In this document: positions 14,089 through 24,838 of the stretch, in pieces
Layout of the letters: each line of letters starts with the position of its first letter
Position numbering within the stretch: position 1 is the stretch's first letter
NCBI GenBank assembly: GCA_001643675.2
Contig: LSRY02000063.1
Location: 62,001-126,000 of the forward strand
Origin: Monocercomonoides exilis PA203
Taxonomy: Eukaryota; Protista; Preaxostyla
Direction of reading: 5' to 3'
Length of the DNA: 64,000 nt
The notes under the pieces: model-generated
What the model was told of the DNA's origin: nothing
Database searches by the model: none
What the model saw: only the letters and a program-made list of their open reading frames with translations
Position numbers and translations under genes: made by a program

Positions 14089-17000
14089 ATGCTGTCGGGA
14101 ATATGCTGTTTTGTCTGCATAATATATTTTCAGTGCATGTGCAATGATGCTGCGAATGAAGAAACATTTCAGATGAGGGAATACAAGAAAGAAAGAATTG
14201 ATGATGATCTCGAGAGAAATTGGTCGGACACCTTTCAAAAGGACGTTTTTGCCAATGAAATTGGATTGGAAACAAACAACGGTGGAAGAGAAGGTGGAAC
14301 GAAAACAACGAAGAAATGTGAAAAAAGGAAGAATGGAGATTCGAAAGAAGAGAATGATGAAATACTCAAATTCGGAGAAGCCAGCCCAAATGAGATGGTT
14401 CGAGGAACAAACGTGTCTGATGAACGAAAAATGAGGAAACAACAAAGATTTGAGGGTGAAAGTTGGATTGAAGGGTGTTTGATGATTGCCAATTCTTCAA
14501 TAAAACTCCACTCCCTGGGATTGGTGCCAAATGATGGTCAAAGTGTCTTGAATGCTGCGAAAGGATGTTTCGTCGAAGTGAGCAGATGCAGGATAGAGAT
14601 TGGAGGAGAAATGACACCATTTTGTTTGAGTGGAAGTTGTGGGCTGTTCACCAACATATCTCTCCGATTCCCTTTGAATTCACATTTTCAGAAATGCCCA
14701 TCTCTCTTCTCTTCAAAACCATTTGAAGAGGTTCATTCAGAAAAATGTCATGTTTCAGTTTGTTCCTCTCATTTCTCCTCTTTTTGTGTCTTATTAGCCC
14801 CATTCCTCTCTTCACCCTCTATTCCTCTTATATCCCTCTCCAAACTCACATTTTTCAACATCTCAACAGCATCTTCTGATTATTCACCGCCAACAGCAAC
14901 ATCATTTCAAACCTTAAGCTTGATGAACAGTTGCACATTCTCATCAGTCTGTGATGCATATGATGGAGGAATTGTCCCTTCACTCAACAACCCCTTGGCT
15001 TCATTGTCTGCCTCAAACACCTCGTTCACTTGCAGTTGCAGAACAAGAAATGTTCAATTCATCGGATCGAAAGATGCTAAACAGCATCCTGGGAGGCAAA
15101 ATATAACAGCCAATGGAACAAATTCATTCATTTGGTGCGAATGGAACGGATCAAAGACAACTGGGAAAAATCTATCATATAAAGACGGAATATCAAGCGG
15201 CGGAGCCATTTGCATGTACAGTCAATCAAATGCATCTGTTTCTGTTTCTCATTGCTCTTTCAAAGATTGTTATTCTTTTGGGGTTGGAGGGGCAATCATG
15301 TGCTTTAACATTAAATCGATTGAGATTGTTGACAACACGTTCGACTCATGTTCATCAGAATTTTGTTCTGGGGGTGGAATGTTCATTCATTGCATGATAT
15401 CTTGTGTTCGGATCAGTGGATGTGAATTCCAGAATTGTGAAGCAAACGATCAAGGAGGAGGGATGTTGCTTCATTCTTCTGTGGTTTCAGGAGCAGGATG
15501 TATTGGAACAGAAAGTGGAGAAGGGGAGAGCGCATGTGTGTTTGATTGTTGTTTCACTTCATGCACAGTTAAAACATCGTATGCCGGGGGTTTAAGTTTG
15601 CATAACATACCAGCGCAATTCAAAGTGAGGAATATTCAGTTCATTTCATGTTCAGCTGTATCATGCGGAGGAGGTTTGAGGTTGGACCCGTACAAACAAA
15701 CAGCGCCACCTGATGGGATTTATTGTTATTTTTTCTTATTCTATGAATGCCAATGCTCAGCCAATCCTCCATATGGTCATGATATAATTTTTTATGACCT
15801 ATTTAATGTTTTCAAGACTTCAAACAGTCCGTTCTATGAATGCTTCACCACAAACACAAATGAACAGAGAGTATGCTATGCATACAATTACTCGGAATCA
15901 AACAATAGTTGGTCGTATTATCACAGGGAAAAGAGCAATTGGCTGAACGAATGGTCGAAGGTGATATTTGTGGGGATGAGTGGAAATGATTCGAGTCATC
16001 TGTGCGGGATTAAAGAGGAAGCACCTTGCAAAACAGTGGGGTATGTGGTTGGGACGAACATGGCACAGCCAAGCTCGACAATCACAGTGCTTGATGGGAA
16101 GCATATGAGTGAAGAGAAGACGATCAACGTTGGAGAAAAGAAGATTTCGATTGTTGGGAGAGGGAAAGAGGTGAGTGTGATTGGAACAGGAGCACTTTCA
16201 TCAACTTCGATTTCTCTATTCAGTGTGACAAGTGGCCATCTTGGTTTAATGAACTTGAAGGTTGATTGTAACTCAACAACAAGTCCTTCTTCGCCAAGTG
16301 TGGTTGTGGTATCTGATGGAAGTGGGTCACTTTCATTGGAGGATGTTGTGATCACCACGAGTAACACAGGAGAATATGCGATATCATCATCAGTGTTTGT
16401 GGTTCCACTGTCGCAGCTGTCGATGGTTGGTGTGGAGATCAAAGATATGAATGTTTCAAAACCATTGCTTTCAGAGCCAGAACATTCATCAAAAGAAAGT
16501 GTTTTAGCAAATGTGACAATTCGGAATGTGAAGTTGAGGAGTGGAGATGGGGTGGTTGTGGCAAAGAGTATGAAGACAGGAGAGACATTTGTGGTGAGCA
16601 ACATAACAATTGAGGGATGTGAGTGTGAGGAGGGAAATGGAGGAGGAATGAATGTGTATTTCATTGGAGATGGAGAAGTGGTTGTGAGTGGAACGAGTGT
16701 GATTGATGGGAATAAGGCAGAGAATAATGGAGGAAACGGAGGGAGAGGAGGAGGAATATTTGTAGGGATGGAGAGTGGGGGATGTGGATTGACAATTGGA
16801 GAGAATGTTGAGTTTTCGAAAGTGAATGGGAATGTTGCAACATATGGGAAGGATGTGTTTGTTGATTGCGGGAGTGGAGTGTTTTTGGAGTCAAAAGTGA
16901 ATACAGACACATTTTCATTTTTTGACACAAGTGTTATTCCATCAGATGTGTTGAAACTGTGTGGAAGTGAAAATGGGGATGAAAGAGGAGTGATTCCACT

Positions 17001-20000
17001 CTTTGTGTATTTGTGTGCAATGGGTGAAAAAGTGATTGTTGATGGGAGTGGAGGAAATGGGAAGGACCACAATTATTGTGGATTTGATGCATTCAGGTGT
17101 TTGACAGTTGATTATTGTGCAAACTCAAGATTGAGTGAAAGTTCAAAAGAAATAGAAGTTGTCTCATCTTCGTCAATAACCAAGGAAATAACAGGACCTT
17201 CATTTTGTGTGATAATTTCAGGCAGAATAGAATCATCATCAGAGGAAGGAGAGAAAACGCAGGTGAATGTGAGTGATGGAGGATCAGCCACACAAGATTG
17301 GCTTGTTGGATGTTCGAGTTCACTGACCATGAGCAGACTTTCATTTGTTGTGAAAGGTCAGTTGGATTCAAGGAGAAGTGCATTCATTCATTCAACATCA
17401 ACACTCAGTGTGACGAACTGTTCAGTCTCATTTGAAAGTGGGGCATTGACTGATGGAAAGATAGGATATAATGTGATAAGCATTGAGGGAGGAGAATTAA
17501 TTATGAATGGATTTGTGATGGAAGGGTCAGTGACAACGAATGGGAAATCTCCAATATCAATGAGTGATGGAGTGAGATTGGAGATGAATAACAGCAGAGT
17601 GAGTGGAGTGGAAGTGGAAGGTGGGAATGGAGGAGGATGTTTGAATGTTGGGATGAATGAAGAAGGAGGAAGTGTGAATATTGAAGAAAGCAATTTTTCA
17701 TCAACATGTTCAGGTGGAAATGGGATGAAAGGAGGAGGAATGATGATATCAATTGGAAATGGAGGGAGCTTGGAAATGAATAATGTGAATTTATCAGGAT
17801 GTGAAGTGCCAACAGAGGATGTTGAGGATGGAGGAAGAGGAATGGGAGGAGGGATGTTTGTTGAACTTCCCAATCAAATGGGATCATTTGTTTTGGAAGG
17901 AATGATATTTGAGGGATGCAATGCCTGGAAAGGGAAGAATGTGTTTGTTTCAGGATGGGATCTGAGTGAGGTTGTGAACAAAGAGAACTTCAAATGGGAG
18001 ATGAGTTCAGAGGAGTTGAGATCGTTTGATGAGTTGTGTGGGTGGGAGAGGAAGACAACAGGAGAGGAGGGGTATGTGATTCCATTGGTTGTGTATTTGT
18101 GGGATAACTGGAGCAATGATGGGTTTGTTTCGAAAGATGGAGGAGGAGACTTCAGCGGATGTGGGTATTCAGAAGTGCCATGTTCATCGATTGAGCACTT
18201 GATATCACTGAGATATGAACCACTTGGAGAAGGGGAATCACACATTAACATTGTTGGAACAGGAGCATTGAACAGAGGAATTTCATTTCCATCACCTCCT
18301 TCATTGACAGAAACTCCCATTGTGACAATTGAAGGAGAAAAGAAAGGGACAGTTTTGAAAGTGAGAGAAATGGATGAAAATGGAGGAGGTGAATCGATGG
18401 TTGTTTCGGATGTCCATCTTTCATTCAAGAACATATCATTCACAATGCCGAATGAATTGGGGAGGCATTCATCATTCATTCAATCTTCATCATCCTCTAC
18501 AATGCTTTCAGTTGCGAGTTGTTTGATTGATTGTTCTGAGGAAACAAGAGAGATGAAGTATTGTATTGTGAGGGTGGATGGAGGAAGTCTTGCAATTGAG
18601 GATTTGACGCTTTCTGAGTTGAGTGTGGCGAAAGGGTTTGTGGAGTTTGGAGCAGAAGTGGAAGTGATTTCGGTGGTGAATGTGTCGATATTGAACACAA
18701 CAATATCAGGGGGAAGCCTGATCTCGCTGACTGAGGGATCACACAATTTCCAATTCACAAAAAGAGAAGAAAGAAACACGAACACAGTTGTGAGAGTGAA
18801 TGAGTCGACATTCACAAACATTTCATATGGAGAGAATGGAGCATGTGTTGCGAGTGTGGATTCGTTTGGGGTTGGTGTGGAGTGTGTGATGGAAGGGTGT
18901 GTGCTGACGAAGTGTGTGAGCGAGAGGAGCGAGGAAGGGGGAGGGATGAAAGTGTGTCTGAAGAGTGGGGAATCAGAATTGAAAGTGAGAGGATGCTCGC
19001 TTGTGATGTGCATGTGTTCGACAGTGGATGGGAGAGGAGGAGGATTGATGATTGATGCAGTTGATCCGAAAGCTGAATTGGTTGAAAAGGAAATGCCAGC
19101 TCTTGGGGTGAGACTGGAAAACATTCGATTTGTGATGAATGAGGCATTTGTGGGGAAGGATGTGTTCATCAAGTGCTATTCGATTGCAAGGCAGGTGAAT
19201 GAGACGCTGTTTGTTCTGGACTTCAGCCAGGATGCTTTGAAGTCGAACAACTCAATTTGTGGGAGGAATGATGTTGACAAGGTTGATGTTGATCTGATTC
19301 CATTGATCACATTCTTTCACTCCCCTCAGGTGTTTGTATCGGTGAATGGGAGTGAGAGCAGACAATGTGGGGCACAGGAGAAGCCATGCCAAAGCATTTG
19401 CTGTGGAGTTCGGCACATTGATAGAAGTGTTGCGAATATGATTCTGATTGATGGAGAATGTCTGATTGGGGGAGTGTGTGAGATTGGAGATTTGAATGTG
19501 AAATCGTTGAAGAGAGCGCAGGCAACTATTCATTTCAATACCGTGATTGAAGAAGATGAAATGAATGGAGGGAGTGTGATTGTGTTTGTTGATGAGTGTG
19601 TTGTGGAGAGATGTGGATTTGTGTTTGGGGAGATGTTTGGGTGGGGTGGGGAAAGCATTGTGAAAGAGAAGGATGGGAGATTGGAGATTTCGGAGTGTTT
19701 GTTCAGCTCAGCAACGATGGATCTGGTGATGAAGAGCAGGATTGTGAGTGTTGAGAGAGGAGAGCTGAAGATGACAGAAACAACATTTGATGGGATCCAC
19801 ACCACAGCACCACTTCTCTCTTTCACCAAAGAGGGAATAGTTTCGATGAGTGAGATTAGAGTTTGGGATATCATGAGTGAATGTGGTTTGATTTGTGTTG
19901 GAGGGAAGGTTGATATGGAGATGAAGGAAGTGAATTTTGAGAATAACTCAGTTTGTGGGAATGAGAGTGTGATGAAGCTGGAAGGAGCCGAAAAGAGAAT

Positions 20001-22203
20001 GAGTGTGCTGAACTGCTCTTTTGCTCAATGCAAGGGCACGGATGAGAAAGGGAGAATGGTGGAGATTTGTGAGTGTGTGGATGTGCTGATTGGATCGTGT
20101 TTGTTTGATGGAGAGAAAGAGGAAGAGGAAGAAGAAGGAAAGGAAGTGAATGAGATGAGAGAAAGAGATGATGGGATTTGCAAATGGAATGGATCTCTTG
20201 TGGATGTCTCCAACAGTTCTGTTTTGATGAAAGACACAACAATCATGAATTCACCAGATGGTGGAATAACAATGAGAGGAGGGGCGATGACAATTAATGA
20301 TGGAAGATTTGAGAACAATAATCCATCGATTGAAGGATATCCATCATTGAGAAGAAATATTATTTGCTCAGATTCAGGAATATTGAATGTGATGAGTGTG
20401 AAAGGAGGAGATGGATTGGAGAGAAATACATCTCTTTGGATGTTGAATGAAGGGTGCAGTTTTGAAGGGATTGCTTCAGAAAGGGATTCATCATTTTTCA
20501 TTCCTGTGTTGGAGAGTGTGGAAGCAAAAGAAGAGACAGACAGAATGAAGCTGACATTCATAGGAATGCTTCTTATTCCATGCAATCTGACATTCTCAGT
20601 TGTGAAGAAAAAGGGAGAAGAGAAAGAGATTGAAAAGCATGATTTTGATTCAAATGGATTTTTGTCAGAGAGAGAAGTTGAAGGGAGTGTGGCAAAAGGT
20701 CTCATCAGCATCTGCGGAGATGAAATAGAAGTGAGCTTGTGCATTCTGTTTGGGAATGCAGAATCTCCATCATCAACTGATTCATTTATTCTGAAGAATG
20801 CAAGTGAAATAAAGGAAAATGGAGATGAAAGGGTTGTTGAAGGAGGAAAAGGAGGAAAATCGTATTGGCTGTTGATTGTGATTGTGCTTGTTGTTATTCT
20901 GATGATAGTTCTTTTCGTTGCAGTTGCATTTATTGTTCGATGGAGAAAGGCAAAGAATGAAAACAAAGATCTGAGAGAGATTGTGAATGATAACATCAGA
21001 AAAGATCCAAAGGCGTTTGAGATGGTGACGATGGAGATGTCACCAGAAGAACAGTGGAGGAGAGCTGAGAGAGAGGCAGAAAAAAAGAATGAAGAAAGGA
21101 TCAAAAAGAGGGTGTATGAGAAAAGCTTGGGACATTCAGAGTCATCGGAGCATTTATTGAGTGAAAGTGACTCAACCGAATATATACTAGGGAAAGACTC
21201 AGACAAGATCCCTGATTGGGCATTGGAAAAGGAGGAAGAAGAAGAGATAAGGAAGAGAACACCTTCTCCTTCTATTTCATCCACCTCAACAACAGATTCG
21301 GATTCAACATTTGTTCGATCGGAAAGTTTGTGCCCAACCACCTCATCGATGTCGAACTTGGTGGATGCAATGGCCTGCTCATCGCCTCATGAGAAGCTGA
21401 TTGTGGATTTGAGAGATTCATTGTTCATGTTGCTTCATGGAAGGAACGAGAAGAAAGAGATGGCAATAGGCACTCTGCAAGAGAGGGAGCAGACAGCTGC
21501 TCAGATCCTGTTCTGGGTGGCGAATGGGGCACTTCACTCATTTGATGAAATGGAAAATTCTCTTCAATCGCTTTCAAATTTGAGTCCCCATATTGTTCTG
21601 TTCTCTGAGCACATGGTCATCTGCGTTGTAATGCATTCTGATTTGCTTTCATCAGATGATTCTGATTCATCATCCATCTCATCATCAACCATTGTAACAT
21701 CTGCCAGTGGCAATGATGATGATGATGATGATTCCCTTCCTTCATCAGCATTTGAAGATGAAAATGATTTCAAAAAAGAGTGTTTGAGATGGAAGGCTCC
21801 TGAGCTGCTGATCAACAAGAAAATGGGAGCAACAAAGGAATCTGTGGTATTCTCGATTGGGATGATGCTGTGGGAGTGCCTGACTCTTCAAATCCCGTTT
21901 GGGGAGTTTGAGGCAGAGGTGGCAGGGCAGAAGATTGTAAATGGGGAGAGACCGTGCTTGTCAGCTGTGGGCGAGAGCAGTTTTTGCGAAGTGATGAAAG
22001 CGTGCCTTTGGCAGGAGGCGAAAGATAGGGCGGAGCTGGAGAGTGTGAGGCGGGAGTGTGTCAGCCACTTTCCAGCAGGAAAGTTGATCATGACGATGTC
22101 GGATGGCATCTACGACCGGAACAAGAGGATTGTTGTGAGGAGCGATGTTGAAAGTGAGGACGAGGCATTGGAAGAGAAACAAACAGAAAAAAAGGATTTG
22201 TGA
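14089..22203 (+). CDS. giant receptor-like pseudokinase (Cys/GG-rich ectodomain, single TM, degenerate TK/TKL-like C-lobe)
   Basis: ORF 13999-22203; likely start at ATG 14089 (signal-like MLSGICCFVCIIYF). TM YWLLIVIVLVVILMIVLFVAVAFIV. Kinase subdomains VIII-IX (LRWKAPELL; VFSIGMMLWECLTLQIPF) are present but no GxGxxG, VAIK, HRD or DFG is recognisable. Confidence 0.85.
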   Translation: MLSGICCFVCIIYFQCMCNDAANEETFQMREYKKERIDDDLERNWSDTFQKDVFANEIGLETNNGGREGGTKTTKKCEKRKNGDSKEENDEILKFGEASPNEMVRGTNVSDERKMRKQQRFEGESWIEGCLMIANSSIKLHSLGLVPNDGQSVLNAAKGCFVEVSRCRIEIGGEMTPFCLSGSCGLFTNISLRFPLNSHFQKCPSLFSSKPFEEVHSEKCHVSVCSSHFSSFCVLLAPFLSSPSIPLISLSKLTFFNISTASSDYSPPTATSFQTLSLMNSCTFSSVCDAYDGGIVPSLNNPLASLSASNTSFTCSCRTRNVQFIGSKDAKQHPGRQNITANGTNSFIWCEWNGSKTTGKNLSYKDGISSGGAICMYSQSNASVSVSHCSFKDCYSFGVGGAIMCFNIKSIEIVDNTFDSCSSEFCSGGGMFIHCMISCVRISGCEFQNCEANDQGGGMLLHSSVVSGAGCIGTESGEGESACVFDCCFTSCTVKTSYAGGLSLHNIPAQFKVRNIQFISCSAVSCGGGLRLDPYKQTAPPDGIYCYFFLFYECQCSANPPYGHDIIFYDLFNVFKTSNSPFYECFTTNTNEQRVCYAYNYSESNNSWSYYHREKSNWLNEWSKVIFVGMSGNDSSHLCGIKEEAPCKTVGYVVGTNMAQPSSTITVLDGKHMSEEKTINVGEKKISIVGRGKEVSVIGTGALSSTSISLFSVTSGHLGLMNLKVDCNSTTSPSSPSVVVVSDGSGSLSLEDVVITTSNTGEYAISSSVFVVPLSQLSMVGVEIKDMNVSKPLLSEPEHSSKESVLANVTIRNVKLRSGDGVVVAKSMKTGETFVVSNITIEGCECEEGNGGGMNVYFIGDGEVVVSGTSVIDGNKAENNGGNGGRGGGIFVGMESGGCGLTIGENVEFSKVNGNVATYGKDVFVDCGSGVFLESKVNTDTFSFFDTSVIPSDVLKLCGSENGDERGVIPLFVYLCAMGEKVIVDGSGGNGKDHNYCGFDAFRCLTVDYCANSRLSESSKEIEVVSSSSITKEITGPSFCVIISGRIESSSEEGEKTQVNVSDGGSATQDWLVGCSSSLTMSRLSFVVKGQLDSRRSAFIHSTSTLSVTNCSVSFESGALTDGKIGYNVISIEGGELIMNGFVMEGSVTTNGKSPISMSDGVRLEMNNSRVSGVEVEGGNGGGCLNVGMNEEGGSVNIEESNFSSTCSGGNGMKGGGMMISIGNGGSLEMNNVNLSGCEVPTEDVEDGGRGMGGGMFVELPNQMGSFVLEGMIFEGCNAWKGKNVFVSGWDLSEVVNKENFKWEMSSEELRSFDELCGWERKTTGEEGYVIPLVVYLWDNWSNDGFVSKDGGGDFSGCGYSEVPCSSIEHLISLRYEPLGEGESHINIVGTGALNRGISFPSPPSLTETPIVTIEGEKKGTVLKVREMDENGGGESMVVSDVHLSFKNISFTMPNELGRHSSFIQSSSSSTMLSVASCLIDCSEETREMKYCIVRVDGGSLAIEDLTLSELSVAKGFVEFGAEVEVISVVNVSILNTTISGGSLISLTEGSHNFQFTKREERNTNTVVRVNESTFTNISYGENGACVASVDSFGVGVECVMEGCVLTKCVSERSEEGGGMKVCLKSGESELKVRGCSLVMCMCSTVDGRGGGLMIDAVDPKAELVEKEMPALGVRLENIRFVMNEAFVGKDVFIKCYSIARQVNETLFVLDFSQDALKSNNSICGRNDVDKVDVDLIPLITFFHSPQVFVSVNGSESRQCGAQEKPCQSICCGVRHIDRSVANMILIDGECLIGGVCEIGDLNVKSLKRAQATIHFNTVIEEDEMNGGSVIVFVDECVVERCGFVFGEMFGWGGESIVKEKDGRLEISECLFSSATMDLVMKSRIVSVERGELKMTETTFDGIHTTAPLLSFTKEGIVSMSEIRVWDIMSECGLICVGGKVDMEMKEVNFENNSVCGNESVMKLEGAEKRMSVLNCSFAQCKGTDEKGRMVEICECVDVLIGSCLFDGEKEEEEEEGKEVNEMRERDDGICKWNGSLVDVSNSSVLMKDTTIMNSPDGGITMRGGAMTINDGRFENNNPSIEGYPSLRRNIICSDSGILNVMSVKGGDGLERNTSLWMLNEGCSFEGIASERDSSFFIPVLESVEAKEETDRMKLTFIGMLLIPCNLTFSVVKKKGEEKEIEKHDFDSNGFLSEREVEGSVAKGLISICGDEIEVSLCILFGNAESPSSTDSFILKNASEIKENGDERVVEGGKGGKSYWLLIVIVLVVILMIVLFVAVAFIVRWRKAKNENKDLREIVNDNIRKDPKAFEMVTMEMSPEEQWRRAEREAEKKNEERIKKRVYEKSLGHSESSEHLLSESDSTEYILGKDSDKIPDWALEKEEEEEIRKRTPSPSISSTSTTDSDSTFVRSESLCPTTSSMSNLVDAMACSSPHEKLIVDLRDSLFMLLHGRNEKKEMAIGTLQEREQTAAQILFWVANGALHSFDEMENSLQSLSNLSPHIVLFSEHMVICVVMHSDLLSSDDSDSSSISSSTIVTSASGNDDDDDDSLPSSAFEDENDFKKECLRWKAPELLINKKMGATKESVVFSIGMMLWECLTLQIPFGEFEAEVAGQKIVNGERPCLSAVGESSFCEVMKACLWQEAKDRAELESVRRECVSHFPAGKLIMTMSDGIYDRNKRIVVRSDVESEDEALEEKQTEKKDL

Positions 22204-22503
22204 AGGAGATGGAGAAATGAAGTTGAACGTTTTGTTTGAGAAAACAACTATTTGAAGGTAGACATGTTGATGTTTTGTGATTTGTTTGGATTTATAGTGT
22301 TTATTTTCATAGAGAATGGATTTGTGAGTTTGCTATTGTTCTTCCAGATTTTTCGTTGTTCGAGGAGTGTTTGTTGTGATTTCATTTTTTGTATTCATTT
22401 TCAGGATTGTTTTTTTATTTCTGTTCAATGGAGTTGGTTCATTTCATTCAAAAATGAGGATTTCATTTCACATCTGACTCGTTTTTTATTGATTTTGTTT
22501 TTG

Positions 22504-22552
22504 TTTTGATTTTGATTTTGATTTTGATTTTGATTTTGATTTTGATTTTGAT
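22504..22552 (+). repeat. (TTTTGA)n hexamer microsatellite
   Basis: About 8 tandem copies. The counterpart in the other arm (about 41521-41576) has a different unit composition. Confidence 0.85.
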
Positions 22553-23822
22553 TGAAATATCCTTTTTTGTTCATTTGAAGTTTGTAATTCCTATTTTTCT
22601 CATAACTTTGTGTTATTCAGTTTTGCGATTTGTTCAGCAAGTTCCTTCAAGCACACAAATGGAATTTGATGTTCAAATGAGATATTTGTTCAATGTTTAT
22701 TATCACCTTTTATTGATGGGATATTATTCTTTGTTGATTCTTCCTGCTTGACTTCAGCCTTTGAATCGATTCATTCCATCCAACAACTTTAAGCTCCAAA
22801 CCAGCAACTTTCACTAGATTTTTAGTGTGTTTTTTCAGAACGTTTTTTGAGTTTTTTTTCAGCATTTTTTTCTTTTTTTTTCAGCATACAAATTTCGATT
22901 TTGAATGTTTTGATGTCAAAATAGCAAAGTGGAAAAGAATATAAAATATGAACTGAAAAATTAATTCATCAATTATGAAGTGGGTGATGTGTTATTTGTT
23001 TGAAAAAAGAAATTGAAAGATATGAATGAAGATGATCTATTTTCATTTTCAATTGTTTCAAAAACACAGATGACAGTTCCTTTTCATCACTCTTCAGGGT
23101 GATTCATTATTCGGTTCTGTTTGATGCTTTTTCAATGTTAATAATCTCAATGTTGAATGTATTTTTCTTTGGTGACTCACAGTTTGATAATGATTGTTCA
23201 AATGGAAGTGATCAAAGTGTTTGACAAAACACAAAAAAATAGCTTTGCCATTGTTGTTTCGAATGAAAACTTGCTATTTTTCATTTCATCACATGCGAAT
23301 CATTTGAGTGAATCATTTTATGGGACTTTTTATCTTATTGGGACTTTTTTTGTTTGAAGCTTCCAATCAATAAAAAATCCCTAATGAATTTCAACACATA
23401 TACAACACTTTTTAACTCGTTTCAGCAGATATTTTTGCAGTTTGTTTTTATATTTTGATTCATTTCTCATTGAGAAATTTCGTTTTTTTGAAAAATTTGA
23501 AACGACATTACCCAGCCAACCGGGCGTTTCCCATAGAATTAATGATATAAGGTGATATATCCGGACATTCAAGCTTTATTTGCACAAAATCATGAAAACT
23601 TTGTTTTGTTTTCAACTTTTGCAAAAATTTTCTATTTTCTTAACAAATTGAATTTTTAAATCCATATGCAAACGAAACATATATAATTAAATTATGTTTT
23701 GTAACTACAAAAAAAATTCAAGAATCAACCCATTTTATTCATCTTTTTTGATCAAAAAAAAAAATCAACAAAAAGAATTACACATCATCAATGAAATAGC
23801 TTGAATTTTCATATTTTTTATC

Positions 23823-24079
23823 TGGGTGATTATTTTTGAAAGCATATTTTTTCTTTCAAAAATTTCGGTTCAAAGATTATACTAGAAAATAAAAAGAAGA
23901 ACACTGAAAAATGAAAACACTTACAAATGACATCATCATCTTTTTTTGAGCAATAAAATTTGTTTATAACACATTTGTGTTTAATTCAACATTCGAATAC
24001 AAAATCTTTTCCCAAATACAAACAGCATTTGAATAATCAATATCCCGAAAAAAGTTATGATTTCAAAAATAATCACCCA
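23823..24079. mobile_element. MITE-like ~260-bp element, copy A
   Basis: Terminal inverted repeats TGGGTGATTATTTTTGAAAGCATA / TATGATTTCAAAAATAATCACCCA. The interior resembles copies at 24557 and 37623. Confidence 0.6.
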
Positions 24080-24319
24080 TCTTGAATGCAAGTGAACAAC
24101 AATATCAATCCAACAAAGTTTAAAACATAGAATTTGAAGAAATCGCAAACTGTTAAGCATTCTTCCAAGTTTTGCCCTTGACAATATATCGTGTTAAAAT
24201 AAGTTTTGCAAATGGCAAGTCACATCACAATTATTTGCCATTCAGCAAAGAAAAGATTGAACACAATTCGAATTTCACACTTGTATTATTTGCTTAATTT
24301 CAAAAAAGTCAATATGTGT

Positions 24320-24549
24320 AATTCTTTTTGAAAAGTCGCAAATGTTTAATCGAAATTAATCAAAAATTTCATATTTTGCTCAAATTTCTGTTTCCACTCA
24401 CGAATCTTCAACAGAATGATTGAAATAGCATTATCCAGAAACAGATTCCATATTAGTGGAGTTTGGTAAATGTCAACAAAAATTTGAGCAAAATATGGAA
24501 TATATGATTTATTTGAAAATTTAACATTTGCGACTTTTCAAAAAGAATT
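24320..24549. repeat. fold-back (long imperfect inverted repeat)
   Basis: AATTCTTTTTGAAAAGTCGCAAATGTT pairs with AACATTTGCGACTTTTCAAAAAGAATT. Inner arms CATATTTTGCTCAAATTT / AAATTTGAGCAAAATATG. Confidence 0.8.
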
Positions 24550-24556
24550 TCCCATA

Positions 24557-24792
24557 TGGTTGATTATTTTTGTTATCATTTTTTTTATTCAAAAATATCT
24601 TGTCTAATATTTCCCTTGAATAGCTGCAGATCACTGAAAATTTAAAAGGCTCGTTGAAGACATCTGCATCTTTGTTTGAGCCAAAATATTTGTTTTTGAA
24701 CAGTTGTGAAAAATTTTAAATAAGAATACAAAATCCCCTTTTAATGACATTCAACTTTTGAAAAACAAACACTCCGAAAAAGGTTATGATTT

Positions 24793-24838
<46 letters not shown>

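Larger units (their letters stand above)
12298..23290 (+). repeat. left arm of ~11-kb inverted segmental duplication
   Basis: Reverse complement of about 40750-51763 across coding and non-coding sequence, e.g. 12301-12360 vs about 51700-51760 and 23221-23280 vs about 40765-40825. Similarity is lost beyond these ends. Confidence 0.92.

Noticed and set aside
15996-21341. Long antisense ORFs (up to 438 aa) opposite the receptor genes, also at 42700-48100
   Set aside because: Shadows of the biased codon usage of the sense gene; no independent motifs.
24794-24836. Poly-A as a retroelement tail
   Set aside because: It corresponds to the A-run within the TIR of the MITE-like family; no RT or TSD seen.
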